Shown in pieces: positions 50,613 to 63,501 of a DNA stretch of 64,000 nucleotides. The stretch's first letter is position 1; every line of letters begins with the position of its first letter. A program made the position numbers and the translations under genes. This stretch comes from Octopus bimaculoides (taxonomy: Eukaryota), in NCBI RefSeq assembly GCF_001194135.2, contig NC_068998.1:40087552-40151551 (forward strand), given 5' to 3'. The notes below the pieces were generated by a model. The model was not told the DNA's origin, made no database searches, and worked only from the letters and a program-made list of their open reading frames with translations.

Positions 50613-51293
50613 GGATCTATTTTAAAACGGGGGCCACAGTATTTTCTTAATGAAACACTTTGAAATTTGGAACACTGGTAGAATGTGTCATATAAAACAT
50701 CTTTTTCTCTTAGTCTTCTTAAAAAAAAAAAGAAATCCCTAAGTTATTCCATGTTAAAGTTGTCGTATTTCTGTAATTTCAACCAATCACTGACGTCCAT
50801 TCAGCCGATATACATTAAGTGCCGACTACATAAACAAACGATTCTGAAACAATTCTATCGGTGATAAAATTATTATTTCCTTGTCAAAAAATGGCTGAAG
50901 CATATTGGCAGTAGCTAATAAACCTTTCTATTATAGGCTAACCCTAACCCTAACCCTAACCGTAGGGTTAGGGTTAGGGTAAAACAGCAAATTTAAAAAG
51001 AAAAAAGCAAATAAAACGAAGAAAACAAAATGTCAGAAGTTATGGAGATTAAATATGCTTTACACCGCTTAATCAGCCAAAGGAGTAAATGTAAACAACT
51101 GAATACTTGTCAGTGATTGGTTGAAATTATCGAAATAAGACAATTTTTTACATGAAATAAATTCGAATACAAAAATATTTTTCTGTTCTATAACATAAAA
51201 TAGATAAGTATACGAAGTTTGAAAGTCTTTTGGTACCAAAAACACTACGTAAAACATTAATGAAAACTGTGGCCCCCGTTTTAAAATAGATCC
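50613..51293. mobile_element. 681-bp non-autonomous DNA transposon (MITE), superfamily unassigned
   Basis: Perfect 28-bp TIR GGATCTATTTTAAAACGGGGGCCACAGT (50613-50640/51266-51293) in a TA-rich site; perfect 21-bp internal inverted repeat; central telomeric-repeat hairpin. Confidence 0.9.
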
Positions 51294-52489
51294 TATATAT
51301 GTGTGTGTATGTGCATGATTGCTTACATTTGCATGAGTTTAATTGTAAGTCATGAAGCTCATGCAGTGTTATTATTGACATTTCTTCTGTCAATAAATGA
51401 ACTGCTCATTCCATGCCATTAATGCAACATAGAATAAGAGATCCCTTACTTGAAAAATAGGTAAGAGTTAGCATTGAGAAGAGCATCCAGCTGTAACAAC
51501 AATGCCATTGTAACAGATTTGTGTAACCCTGTCATGGACAGACACTGCAACTTGTGCAGCTTTCTGAATAGCACAACTGACAAAAAATTACCTTGAATTT
51601 TTAGGTGTGTGGCTCACCTGATGATGTGTCATGTCTCAGACAGCTCTCTTCTTGATAAAGGTTGTCCCTGCTTTGTCTAACTCATGCTGATATGGGAAAA
51701 AAAACCCAGATGTAAAACAAATGACTGAATATTTATATTTATATATATATCACAATATATATGCATACATATACAGATATACATGGAAGAAGAAAAGAGC
51801 ACTTGATATCTGTCACAGAGATTAAATATTTGTATTAACAGTTTGGCTGAGTGTTATCACATCTGAATGATCAAACATACTTTTTGCATTTGTGTTAAAT
51901 TTTAATGCAGACCTGAGTCAAAGAACAGCGCACGTGTGTGTGTGTGGGGGGGGGGCGTGTGGGTATGTGTTTGTGGTTGTGAATGTGTGCATGTGTGTGT
52001 GTGTGCATAAAGAGAGGCTGAGCAAGAGTAATACTCTAATTACTGTAGATAATGCATTCTGCTAGAAAACCTGGGTATTTAAAACTGCAGCATTCAAAAT
52101 ATATAAATACATGTTAAATTGCTGATTGATGTCTAAACTTTGGTAAAGGAAAAAATTAAAAAAAGAAAAAGAAAAGAAAGAGAAAAAATGTTTAATCTTT
52201 CACTATTCCAGACATAAAAAAAGTTTGTGAAAAATTGATAAAAATAGAAGGAAATAAATGAATTGAACACAGTTTTATGTTTTACGAGTTTATTGACTTG
52301 CATCAGTAATATCAAGAAAAAAAAAATGAAATGTTTTTATTATTTTTTAAATATTGTAAATGAGATGTTTGCATTGATTTTGCTTTATTCATCTCTTTGA
52401 GTATCATGAGTTCGAGTGTGTTTTCAACTTGTCTTCTGATTTGCACTACTCCATTGGCATCTAGGATGCTTTATCTTATAAAGCATCCT

Positions 52490-52600
52490 AGATGTAGTGT
52501 ATTTGACTAGTGCTTTATTTTATTGAACTTGGAATGATGAAAAACAGTATTGACCTCAGTGGGATTTGAACTCAGAATATATTTAAATATAACTAAATAC
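52490..52600 (-). mobile_element. Family C SINE fragment
   Basis: attgacctcagtgggatttgaactcagaat. Confidence 0.5.
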
Positions 52601-52659
52601 AGCAGACAGTTTGTCATGCACTCTAGATCAGCAATTTCTTTCATCTTTGAACATTCTAA

Positions 52660-53165
52660 AAATAGAACCCATCAAGTGCTTTGCCTGAGAATCCTTTAGT
52701 CTGTGTTTCAGCTTCAAATCTTCTGTCTTAGCAATCATCTTCATCATATACACATTGCTGCTCTAAATTTAAAATGTCTTCATGATTTAAATCTACATCA
52801 TGCAACTGAAGCAGTTCTTTGACATTCCTGTTGTCTATTCCAAACATTCCCAGGTGTAAATAAACTTGAGTGATTTCCGCTTGTAAACTTGAGATTGTAA
52901 TTCTTATTTCTTCACTATGTAAATTTTATTTGGCATTTGTTTCCAAAATAATCCTGTTTCATTGACATTTATAATTTGTTCTTCAATGTAACTACCATCA
53001 TTCAATTCAATAGGATATCTCTATGTTGCACCACTGCCATCCATACTTGCCCTAATGTACAAATCTAAAAGTACGTACTCCAGATCATTTTCAAAACCTC
53101 TTAAGCTAACCAGAAAAGATTCTGCTAGTTTCCCCTTCGGTTTTGTCTTCTTTCCATTTTCTCTT
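52660..53165 (-). pseudogene. Tigger/pogo transposase remnant with internal deletion
   Basis: G*LKRF*K*SGV (HTH end) and SYIEEQIINVNETGLFWKQMPNKIYI (first D motif), joined directly to C-terminal NVKELLQLHDVDLNHEDILNLEQQ. Confidence 0.7.
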
Positions 53166-53303
53166 TGGCATTTTCAAACAGTTATGTTTACAGTATACTA
53201 CAGTATTTGAATTTTGATGGCAAGCTACCAACTGCAAAAACTACAGTACTGGCATATTCAGAGTGTTCTTGTATATGTAAGCATATACAGATATATATTC
53301 ATA

Positions 53304-53347
<44 letters not shown>

Positions 53348-54714
53348 GCTGTGTCTGTGTATGTATATAAGTGTGTGTGTGTGAATTTCATCATAATATG
53401 CAAACATAGAAAAGTAGATGTTAAAACAATGATGATGATGAAATCAGAGTAAACAGTAGTTGGCAACTTAATATTTTTACACTCTCTCTCTCTGTTTTTG
53501 TTTCCTTCTCTTTCTGTCTCTCTTTCTCTCTCTCTCTCTCCCCTCTCTCCACTCTCTCTTTCTCATTGTTATGACCTGTGTAGCTGTTTACATTTAATTG
53601 TAGTAGTGCTTCACATCCTAACTATACTTTGCTGATATACTTTTCTACAAGTTGTCGTTTACATTCCTTTGAGCATACTATTGCAAACATATATTTCATT
53701 TACTAAAATACTAAGAAGATTACTTTCGAGATTGCTCAAACCATACTTTGTTTGTGTCCCTATTAAATTGACTTGGAAATATAAATGCATTACAATAAAA
53801 AAAAATATTGGAATTATAACACAAAATAAATTCACCCCATTTTATTGAGGAATAAATATTGAGTAGCTTGTTGTTTTTTTTAATTGAACCCCAAGTTTTA
53901 CCTTGATCAAGCAGACCCAAGGGTCACAAGATATTCCAATTGTGATAATTTTTTTGTTTCCAAAAGTCATGTAAATAATCCAATGTATTTTTTTGAGATA
54001 GGAGAGTATAATTTTAGAAAAATTTGACTGTTATTTCTAACAATTTGACTAACCACATAGGAGTTCCTTGGGAAAATATTTCCTATGCCAACCAATGTTT
54101 TGTGAGTGGATTCGGTTGGCAGAAACTGTACAAAACCCAGAATGTATGTACGGGGAGGGGGCAGTCTATGCAAATGTTTATATTCTGTGCTTCTCGAAAA
54201 TAACCACTGAGCTACAGAAGTTGACATTGTTGATATTTTGCTTACAATAAATCAATTTGTAGTGTTGTACAATTGAAGATGAGTGGAACAAAAATTCCCT
54301 TCTGTGAAAAACAGATAGGGGTTAGTGACAGAAAGGGCATCTAGCTGTAAAAACATTATCTCAAATAATATGTATTCATCTAACTCTCATTAGTGTGAAA
54401 AAGCAGGTGGAAAATGAATTAACAAATGATATCTGAAACTGTGCCATAGATTTTATTTCATATACAAACCAAAGTCCAAAGAAACCTGTGATGATCTGTG
54501 TCAAGAAAAATGTCAGTATTCTTAAACTTGTTATTGTACACTATCTCATGCAAATATGTGAACCTTATAATAATGGTCTAGTTACCAATACATGCTGATA
54601 TGTATTAAATAACTTCATGTAATTGAGAGTTGCACTGAGCCTTTTCTGTATTCAGTTGTGCACTGAACACTAAAATATTTCTGCACATAAATCCTTATTA
54701 GCACACACTAAATA

Positions 54715-55485
54715 ATAATAATAATATTAACAATAATGATAATGATAATAATGATTTCTTTTATTGGCCACAAGGGCCCAAAACATGGAGGACAATATCG
54801 AAGGACAAGTTACAGCACTAAAAATTACAAAAGCATGTAGGGTTAACATCGATCAAGGGGAGACACTACGACATTAAAGGATATAATAGAGGATATATAA
54901 TAGAAAGTAGAGAAATAAAATAATAAATAAATAAATAGAATTCTCAGTAGCAGGAGTGTCCACTTAGAGTAATCTGGGGTAAACCCCACATGGAAATCCT
55001 GGATTACTCTGCCATCTCCAAGGCATGAGAAGGTGCCCTCTTCCAGTGTCTTTCCTCCTGCTTAGAAAAGCATATTCAGAGTAGATCCATTCAGTCTCAC
55101 CAGTCTTGCCACTGTCAACCCCCTTTTGATAAACACACTAGAAGGCAGCACCTCCCTCTCTACCCTCACCTTCCTCTCTACCCTCACCTTCCTCTTCAAA
55201 TGATATTTGAAGAAATTGATGAGGGCTTCACCAGATAGGAATATGCCTGTCTTCAAACCTTTCAGACAGGTCCACCACACAGCCTCTTTTACCACAGCCA
55301 CTAAGCAGAGAAAGATTTGCTCTCCTTCTCTGCTAAGGGAAGTTGGTGTGTTAATCTTCACTATACACTCAGCAGACAGCTGAATTTGTCTTATTCATGA
55401 CAACAGCTGCTCCACACTATCCAACAACTCTCTAATGCACAGCCACTGAATTATTGCATGCAGGACAGTTTCGTCCCATTACATG
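54715..55485 (-). mobile_element. Tx1/L1-clade LINE 3' fragment (zinc knuckle, C-terminus, UTR, AATAAA and (ATT)n tail)
   Basis: RCM*WDETVLHAIIQW (CCHC knuckle remnant), AVVKEAVWWTCLKG..INFFKYHLKRKVRVE; aataaa then an (att)n tail at ~54765-54715. Confidence 0.7.
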
Positions 55486-55939
55486 CATCTCGAATAATCA
55501 CCACCACCACCACCATCATTTAAATATTGATTTGTTTTATATATATTGGCACTGGGCCACACGTTTATAGAGAATTCATATGGCTTAATTCAGATAGACT
55601 TAGTTTATCCTCGCTACATATTTTATGAATTCTAGAAGAATGAAAGGCGAATTTGGCACAGATGATATTTAAACTTAGACCTCTGAGGGGTTGGGACTCA
55701 ATACTGTCAGGCATTAATTTCACACTCATCCATGCCTTCATATCCTCCGTAGTATATTCTGGCAGTTCTACAGTTAACACTGCAAGCAATGGTTTCCATC
55801 AGTAATATCTTGGATAGCTAATCATCATTTGCTAAGTTATTTAGATGGCTGATCATTTGTATTTTGTCTAAATGTTTGTTAGAAGCTACATTTGCTTCCC
55901 TTGCTTCAAATTTGGTGTTAATTAACCGTAATTAGTACA

Positions 55940-56570
55940 GGGTCTCCCTCAAATGTTCAATGGAATCCTTAGAAGTAGTAGATAGTTTCTGTTACTTTGG
56001 CAACTAAGTTAGCAGCGAAGGAGGTAGGTCTGAAAGTGTAGCTGCTAGAATAAGAATGGGCAGGGCAAAGTTTAGAGAGCTACTACCTTTGTTCATAACA
56101 AAGAGCCTCTCCCTCAGAGTGAAAGGCAAATTGTATGATGCTTGTATATGAACAGTTATGCTACATGGGCTGTGATTGCTGAGGACATGTGAAGGCTTGA
56201 AAGAAATGAAGCCAGCATGCTCTGCTGGATGGGTAATGCTAGTGTGCATGTACAACAGAATGTAAGTAATTTAAGATAAAAATTGGGTATATGAGGTATC
56301 AGATATAGTGTGCAGGAGAGAAGACTTGCTGGTATGGTCATGTGATGCATATGGATGAAGACAACTGCATCAAGAAGTACCAATCCCTAGTTATGGAGGG
56401 AATGTGTGGAATGGGTAGACCCAAGAAGACATGAGATAAAGTGATGAGAATGGATTCTTCAAACGTTGGACCTCATGGAGGAAATGACAAAGGACCAAGA
56501 CTTCTGGTGGTTTGCTGTGCTTGAGAAGATATGTCAAGCTAAATAAAATTGTGGCCATCCATACATACAG
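55940..56570 (+). mobile_element. RTE-clade LINE 3' fragment
   Basis: SLEVVDSFCYFG, AARIRMGRAKFRELLPL, KGKLYDACI, RLERNEASML, WYGHVMHMDED, GRPKKT*. Confidence 0.9.
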
Positions 56571-56624
56571 GCTTGTCCTCTACGTTCCTCTTTCAGCTGA
56601 GAGATCTTAGTTTTGCAGGCTCAT

Positions 56625-56990
56625 AGGTGCTGGTACCATGTAAAAGCACCCATGTCACTGCTATGTAAACATGCCCATGCCGGTTCCACATAAAAGCGAC
56701 CATGCTGGTGCCATGTAAAAGTGGCCATGTTGGTACCACATAAAAGTGCCCATACTGGTGCCACATAAAAGCACTTGTGCCAGTGTCGTATGAAAGCACT
56801 TGTGTGTTGGTGCCACATTAAAAGCCCCCCGTACTCTCTGTAAAGTGGTTGGAATTAGGAACGGCATCCAGCTGTAGAAAATCATGCCAAAGCAGATAAA
56901 TAAAGCCCAGGCAACTCTCCAGCTAGCCAGCTCCTGTCAAACCATCCAACCCATGCCAGCATGGAGAATGGACGTTAAATGATGATGAAT
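56625..56990 (+). mobile_element. SINE family B with an internal ~20-22-bp minisatellite (tggtgccacataaaag-type, ~8 degenerate units)
   Basis: Units read at 56630-56830; tail ccatgccagcatggagaatggacgttaaatgatgatg. Confidence 0.8.
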
Positions 56991-58335
56991 TCACTTCATG
57001 TTGTTTCAATACACCTAGCTAAAAATGAATATATATATTGTGGAGTGGCAACTAGCAGACTATCTTGCAGTTAAAGATGTCTATGGTTCTTGTTGGTTAT
57101 GGCACACTGGATGATAATGATTAATTAATTGTATAAACATAGATTGTCCAAACAATATCGAATTCTCCCAGCATTAAATATTTTAAAGTATCTTAATTAT
57201 TGTTCTTCATTCAAACCATATCTTTGAATTATTTAATTTCTAAACAGTTCTATTTTCCTGCACCAGCAATAGTTATAGACATTTACTGGTTCGTTCATCA
57301 TTACTATAGCAAGTATGGTGAAGGCTGTACTTCACTAGTGGGGTCAGAATAAAACAGAAACATGTCTAGAGTTGTCTCATACTTCTTGTGAAAATAAAAA
57401 TAATATGAGCTATTAACTAATGTTGTTTGTTTTTCTTCACTGCATATATATTTCTAGTTAGCTTTTTAATATTCCATTTATTAAATAAGTTAATATTTAG
57501 TTTCAGTAAGTAGTTAGATTGTTCCAGCCATTAATTCAGAATTTTGTAAATAATTTATCTTTTGATTTTTCATAAAACCAACAGTTAGCCTGGTTTTACA
57601 TAGAAATCATTATGGTCAGTCTGTTAGTTCATGTATCACCTCTGCTAATCTCTGTTGTACACCACTCAAATGATCTCTTTGCCTATGTACAACCTATAGA
57701 TGATGATGAAGAAAGCAGTTTTAGGTAATTGATAATGACAAAACAAACCAATCAAACATCTAAAGCTAAACTTTTACTCCTTATATCTTCTTTACAAACC
57801 ATAGTTAAGTAGAATAATCTATTCCCTTAACAAATTTAATTTTCTACATCAATCAGTATACATTCTTGTACATTTAGTTAGTAATTCTCCCATCATTAGG
57901 AAGTATGAAGACTTGTATGATTTGCTGATGAGAACATAATAAGGTCAAAACCTGACTGAGTTGTCTTTCAAATTTACTGAAGTACATAAAACAATATTAG
58001 TCATTGGCTAATGTTTTTTTTTAAATTTCACTTTAATTATTTCTCATTAGCTTTTTAATGCTCACTACATTAAATATATTTAACAGTGACTTAACTATTT
58101 TCTATTTCTTTTTTTTTTTTTACATATTGCTCTAATGAGCAATTAATTCTTTTACCAACCATAGATTAGGTTAGTCCATGGCAATGTACAAGTTCACTGA
58201 TTGGTTTCGTTTCATTTCCATTCATTGAAGACTGATTTGTTTGAAACCATTAACACCTTTCATTTATAACAGCTTCTTCCTAACTGGCAAAAAAAAAAAA
58301 AAAATGTATTTTCATGATGACCTAACATCATTTAA

Positions 58336-58554
58336 CCTTTTAGCAATCAGATTACTCTGTCAAATGTAATGCCTATGTATTCATATTGTGTTGAATTAAT
58401 CATGCATTATCTCATAGCTACAAGATTTAAGTGTGTGATTGTTTGATTTTGGAATTACATTGTAGGGTAGGTGTGAGAGGTAGGATCTGGCCAGTTTGGA
58501 CATAAAACAGATACAATATTTGGGTCAGATAAGGCCAACTTAAACGCTAAAGGG
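58336..58554 (-). mobile_element. piggyBac-like MITE family 2, reverse orientation
   Basis: TTAA|CCTTTTAGCAATCAG ... CGCTAAAGGG|TTAA. Confidence 0.85.
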
Positions 58555-58620
58555 TTAAAGGAGAAGTTGGAAAGAATTAACAGATTTACTAAAAGTTGAA
58601 CTAAGAGCAAGTAAATTTAA

Positions 58621-58838
58621 CCTTTTAACCCTTTAAACCAGCCATACCTGACCAAAATATTCTACTTGTTTTATGTTCAAACTGTCAGAACCTGGCCTCT
58701 TATACCTATCTTACAATGTCATTCTAAAAATATATGATCACATTGCAATATCAAAGCTACAAGATAATGCATGATTAATTCAAAACAATGTGAATAAAAA
58801 AGCATTACATTTGACAGAGTAATCTGAATGCTAACAGG
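58621..58838 (+). mobile_element. piggyBac-like MITE family 2, forward orientation
   Basis: TTAA|CCTTTT ... TGCTAACAGG|TTAA; homologous to 30923-31135. Confidence 0.85.
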
Positions 58839-60436
58839 TTAAAAACCCAACCTTAAGTAAGACTATAAAACTAAAAGTAACCAGTTCTAATCAAGGCACT
58901 ATATTTAAATTCATGGTTGAGTTGTTAAAAATAGGCTGGACATTTTACTTAAAACTAAAAATCAAATTTCTGTTAGAGTTTGTCTGCCATCAATACAGGT
59001 TAACTTTCTAAATCATTCATCTGATGATATAAACCAGTTAAAGCTTTGAAGGTTAAAAGACAAGAATATGACTCACACCTGTTAATATTTTCCACTACTT
59101 TAATTCTTTATTGCCACCAAACCCATCTCATTTCAATCAACTCTTTGTTGTCTTTTTTTTTTTGTGTTATTTTATTTTACCTTGTCATTATTTTATTAAC
59201 CCATCATTTACTTCCCAAACTCCCATAATGTCTTTTTCCATATTTTAAATAATAAAAATCATTATCCTTTAAGCCACTACACAATTTTTATTTTGTAAAA
59301 AATAAACCAAATAACCCTAAAAAACTGAATACTTCTATTATACAAATAAACAAATAAAATAACAATAATAAAATTGATAATAATAATAATAATAATAATA
59401 ACAATAAGATCTCCCATTTCATTTTATGTTTTCTTTTCTAAACCAACATTTTCTTCTCTATAAATTTCAGTCATTTTTTTTTTTTTTTCAGTTATAAATT
59501 CTACATATCCTCATTATTTAAAGCAGTCCCTATTCCATATCTTATCGAACCACTTAGGTGGAGGCTATTTTCTTCTGGTTGCCATTGCACCTTCCTCTTC
59601 CACAACCTTTTGTTGGCTGTAATGTCATTACTTTGATTTTAATCCCATAAAACTCAAATAGATATTAAATTTAATGATGAACAAATTATTCACTACACTG
59701 TCTGTTTGAACATCTATCTGTCTGTAAACCACACATATTGAAATATTTCACTCAGTTTTTAAGCATAGATTCTCTTCTTTTTAATCTTGAAATAATCTGT
59801 TGATGCTTAATAAATAGAGAACACCATATTGGATTTTGTGTGTGTGTATGTGTGCAAATGAGTATTTTTTTATAGTTATCCATTGCTTTGTGTATACACA
59901 CTTGTGTGTCTGTACATATATTTATACATGAATATTTGTGTACTTCATATTTACTTTGTGTGTGTGTGTAGTAATGTGCTTCTTTTTTCCCATTTCTTAT
60001 ATGCAATCATTTCTACAACCATCACCCTTAGCAATACCATCACCACCACCACCACCATCACACCCTGGCGCTACATTCTAAGTTTATCTACAGAAAGATT
60101 CTTCGATTCTCTATCACAGTACTTTTATAGAATATTAATGCTGACAGCTAAATTTAAAAAAAAAAAAAATACCAGTATTTTGTTAATGCATACAAAATAA
60201 TATTAACAAAAGAAGACACTACAACAACAACGACAATAGATGTAACAAGAAGAACCTCAACAAGAACAACAGCAACAAAAACAGTTTAAACATTAGCTTG
60301 ACTCTGAAGTTGAAAGTCTCAAAGAAATAAAAGATTTATGATTTTATTGACATTATTCATATTTATTATACATTTTTGCAGACTCAATTCACTATAAAAT
60401 TCATTGTGTATAGGTGTATGTGTGAATATATACATA

Positions 60437-60485
<49 letters not shown>

Positions 60486-60515
60486 TATATATATATATAT
60501 ATCATATATATATAT

Positions 60516-60578
60516 AGGCGTAGGAGTGGCTGTGTGGTAAGTAGCTTGCTTACCAACCACATGGTCCCGGGTTCAGTC
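60516..60578 (+). mobile_element. Head-only SINE family A piece inside a TA-rich degenerate array
   Basis: Exact match to the reverse complement of the head of the 16198-16512 copy; stops within the B-box. Confidence 0.85.
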
Positions 60579-61309
60579 TTTTATATATATGTATCATATA
60601 TATTTATATATATATATATATCATATATATTTATATATATATATATCATATATACTTTTATATATATGTATCATATATATTTATATATATATATGTATCA
60701 TATATATATTTATATATATGTATCAGCCTGTATATATGCATTATATGTGTAAGTGTATTTGAATATACATACGTTTGTGTATGTATAGGTGTATTTGTAT
60801 GCATGTGAATGTGCGTGTATTTGCTATGATGTTCAAATCTTTTTGTGTTTGTAATATATTGTTTAAATAATAAAGAACATCTGATCTAGCCTATCTCTGT
60901 AATTGTTTGTATTGTTGCTATAGTTGAACGATTTAAAAGAATATAAAGAAAAAATTTTCTACTTGGATTGTTTGCTTCTTGAACCTGTTACACTATCTCA
61001 CCCCCACCTTTGCTGTTTGATGAGGGGCTAGAAACATTAGAAAGTGAGAGGCAGATCCCTATCTTACAACTTTTATTAGAGCTAATATTCATTGTTCAAC
61101 ATTACCTGTTGAGTTGGTGGTAAATGCTTTTGTTGTTTAGCCCTAGGTTAGGCCCGATGTAGTAAAACAATGGTGAAAGAAATTCTAGTTGTAACCATCT
61201 TAATTTTTGTTTTTTATTTCAAACATCAAGTTATCTAACTAGGACTATAGTATTTTTTTAAAATAATTTTTAAATATTTTTTTATAACCACATTTTTAAT
61301 AATAGTAAT

Positions 61310-61511
61310 ATTCTTTTCTACTCTAGGCACAAGGCCCGAAATTTTGGGGGATTAGATCGATCCCAGTATGCAACTGGTACTTAATTTATCGACTCTGAAA
61401 GGATGAAAGGCAAAGTCAACTTTGGCAGGATTTCAACTTAAGATGTAGTGGTGGGCAAAATACCGCTAAGCACTTCAACCAGTGTACTAACGATTCTGCC
61501 AGCTCACTGCC

Positions 61512-61547
<36 letters not shown>

Positions 61548-62240
61548 GTTTTTAATTTTGGCACAAGGCCAGCAATTTTAAGAGAAGCAGTAATTTAATG
61601 TCATTGACTCCATTGCTTGACTGATACTTATTTCATTGACCCCAAAAGGATGAATGACAAAGTCAGCATTTGAACACAGAACATAAAACCAAAAGAAATG
61701 CCACTAAGCATTTTATATGGCATGCTAATGGTTCTGCCAGCTTGCTGCCTTTATGATCCTTTCTACAATAGACACAAGGCCTGAAGTTTTGGGGAAGGAG
61801 CTAGTTGATTACATTGAGCCCAGTGCTCACTTGATACTTATTTACTTATTTCAATGACCCTGAAAGGATGAAAGCAAAGTTGACCTCAGTGTAATTTGAA
61901 CTCAAAGCATAAAGAGGGAACAAGAGGCACAAGAGCTGAAATTTGGAAGGGAGTAGTTAGTCATTACCATTGACCCCAGTACTTGAGTGGTACTTTATTT
62001 TACCGACCTCTAAAAGATGAAAGGTTTGTTTCTAATTTTGGTACAAAATTAGCAATTTTGAAGAATTTTGGGTTAGTTTACTGCATTGACCCCAGTTTTT
62101 GACTTGTATCTTATTTTATCAACCCCAAATGGATGAAAGACACAGTTGACTTCAACAGGATCTATTCTCAGAATGTAAAGAGCTGGGACAAACACCATAA
62201 AGCATTTTTTGCCAATGCCTTAATGATTTTACCAATTCAG
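61310..62240 (-). mobile_element. Array of five same-orientation family C SINE copies
   Basis: ggcacaaggcc..gaaaggatga motifs restart near 61310, 61546, 61755, 61925 and 62026. Confidence 0.8.
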
Positions 62241-62244
62241 TGCA

Positions 62245-62428
62245 CCACCTTGAAGGGTTTTAGTTGAATGAATTGACTCCAGTACATATTTTAAAACCTG
62301 GTACTTATGCTGTTCATTTTTTTTGCTGAACCACTAAGTTATGGGGACATAAACAAACCAACACTGCTTCTTAAGCAGTGGTGCATGACAAACACAAAGA
62401 CACCCATGCATGCACACATGCATGCGCG

Positions 62429-62466
<38 letters not shown>

Positions 62467-62622
62467 ATGGGCTTCTTTTAGTTTCAGTATTCCAAATCCA
62501 CTCAAAAAGCTTTGGTTGGCCCAGGTTTATAGTAGAAGACACTTGCCCAGGCTGTAGTATGGTGAGATTGAACCCAAGGCCACATGGTTGGGAAGCAGTC
62601 TTCTTACCACACAGCCATGCCA
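62245..62622 (-). mobile_element. SINE family A copy
   Basis: gaaccactaagttatggggacataaac..gaagacacttgccc..accacacagccatgcc. Confidence 0.8.
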
Positions 62623-63272
62623 AGTTTTTCTTGACATCTTGAACTACATCATTTAATGTGTTTTTTCCCTATTTTAAGATGGAAAAATGTGACTCGAGGG
62701 AAATTTGGCTACTATTCCAAACCAAATGAACATGTTAAGGCTCTCTCATTATGGCATAGTATAACTCATCAGTCATTGCACTCTAATGTTGATGAGTATG
62801 GATTTATTGGTGCTAAGTTCAACCCCTTCTTCCCTCAATGGTAAATTGTCTATGTAGGCATCTCAGTGTGGTGGAGCTGGGGGAAGTTATTTGTATGTTA
62901 TCTGCTTAATGCCATGAGGTGAGCCTTAGATCTGTGGATTATGGGGTGGCTCCTTGAAAGGACTAATATAATGTGATAGATGTAGCAGATCGATCAAGTG
63001 AAGTAACTCACTTTATTTCACACACATCTACAGGAAATGAATAATTGATGATGATGATTGTGATGCATCTTTGTGTGAAAAAAAAAAAGAAATTTGAAGA
63101 AATCTTTTAACTGCTGTTTTATGGAATTCTTTTACCGTTTATTGTCATGAATAAGAGGAGATATGAGAGGGTAAAAAAAATAACTTGCAAGAAACAGAAT
63201 ATTTCCTAAATCTCAAAATTTCTATTAATATCATCTAATCTTGGCCAAGAATATGTATTTGTTTCTCTCCCC

Positions 63273-63358
<86 letters not shown>

Positions 63359-63501
63359 TACCATGCATGTGTGTATGTATATCTGTAGAGATTTCTTGGG
63401 CTATTTTTTTACACAGAGATGCACATGACTTTATGCATATATACATAGATAAACATGCTGTATACTCACACATGTCTAAACACTTATACATGAATGCATA
63501 C

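Noticed and set aside
50941-50980. Telomere fusion scar or chromosome end
   Set aside because: Only ~3 units per side, CCCTAA precedes TTAGGG (opposite to a fusion), and it lies inside a TIR element.
56630-56830. Repeat-spacer-like ~21-bp periodic array
   Set aside because: It is an internal minisatellite of SINE family B, also present in the 22975-23260 copy.
57250-57990. Several small exon candidates (e.g. DDDEESSFR/KYEDLYDLLMRT on +; VVHRQRDHLSGVQQRLAE and KFERQLSQ on -)
   Set aside because: Equally plausible, mutually exclusive models on both strands with weak donors or in-frame stops; not distinguishable from chance.
4588-62622. tRNA genes
   Set aside because: The A/B-box-like sequences are SINE heads continuing into repeat bodies; no full cloverleaf was seen.
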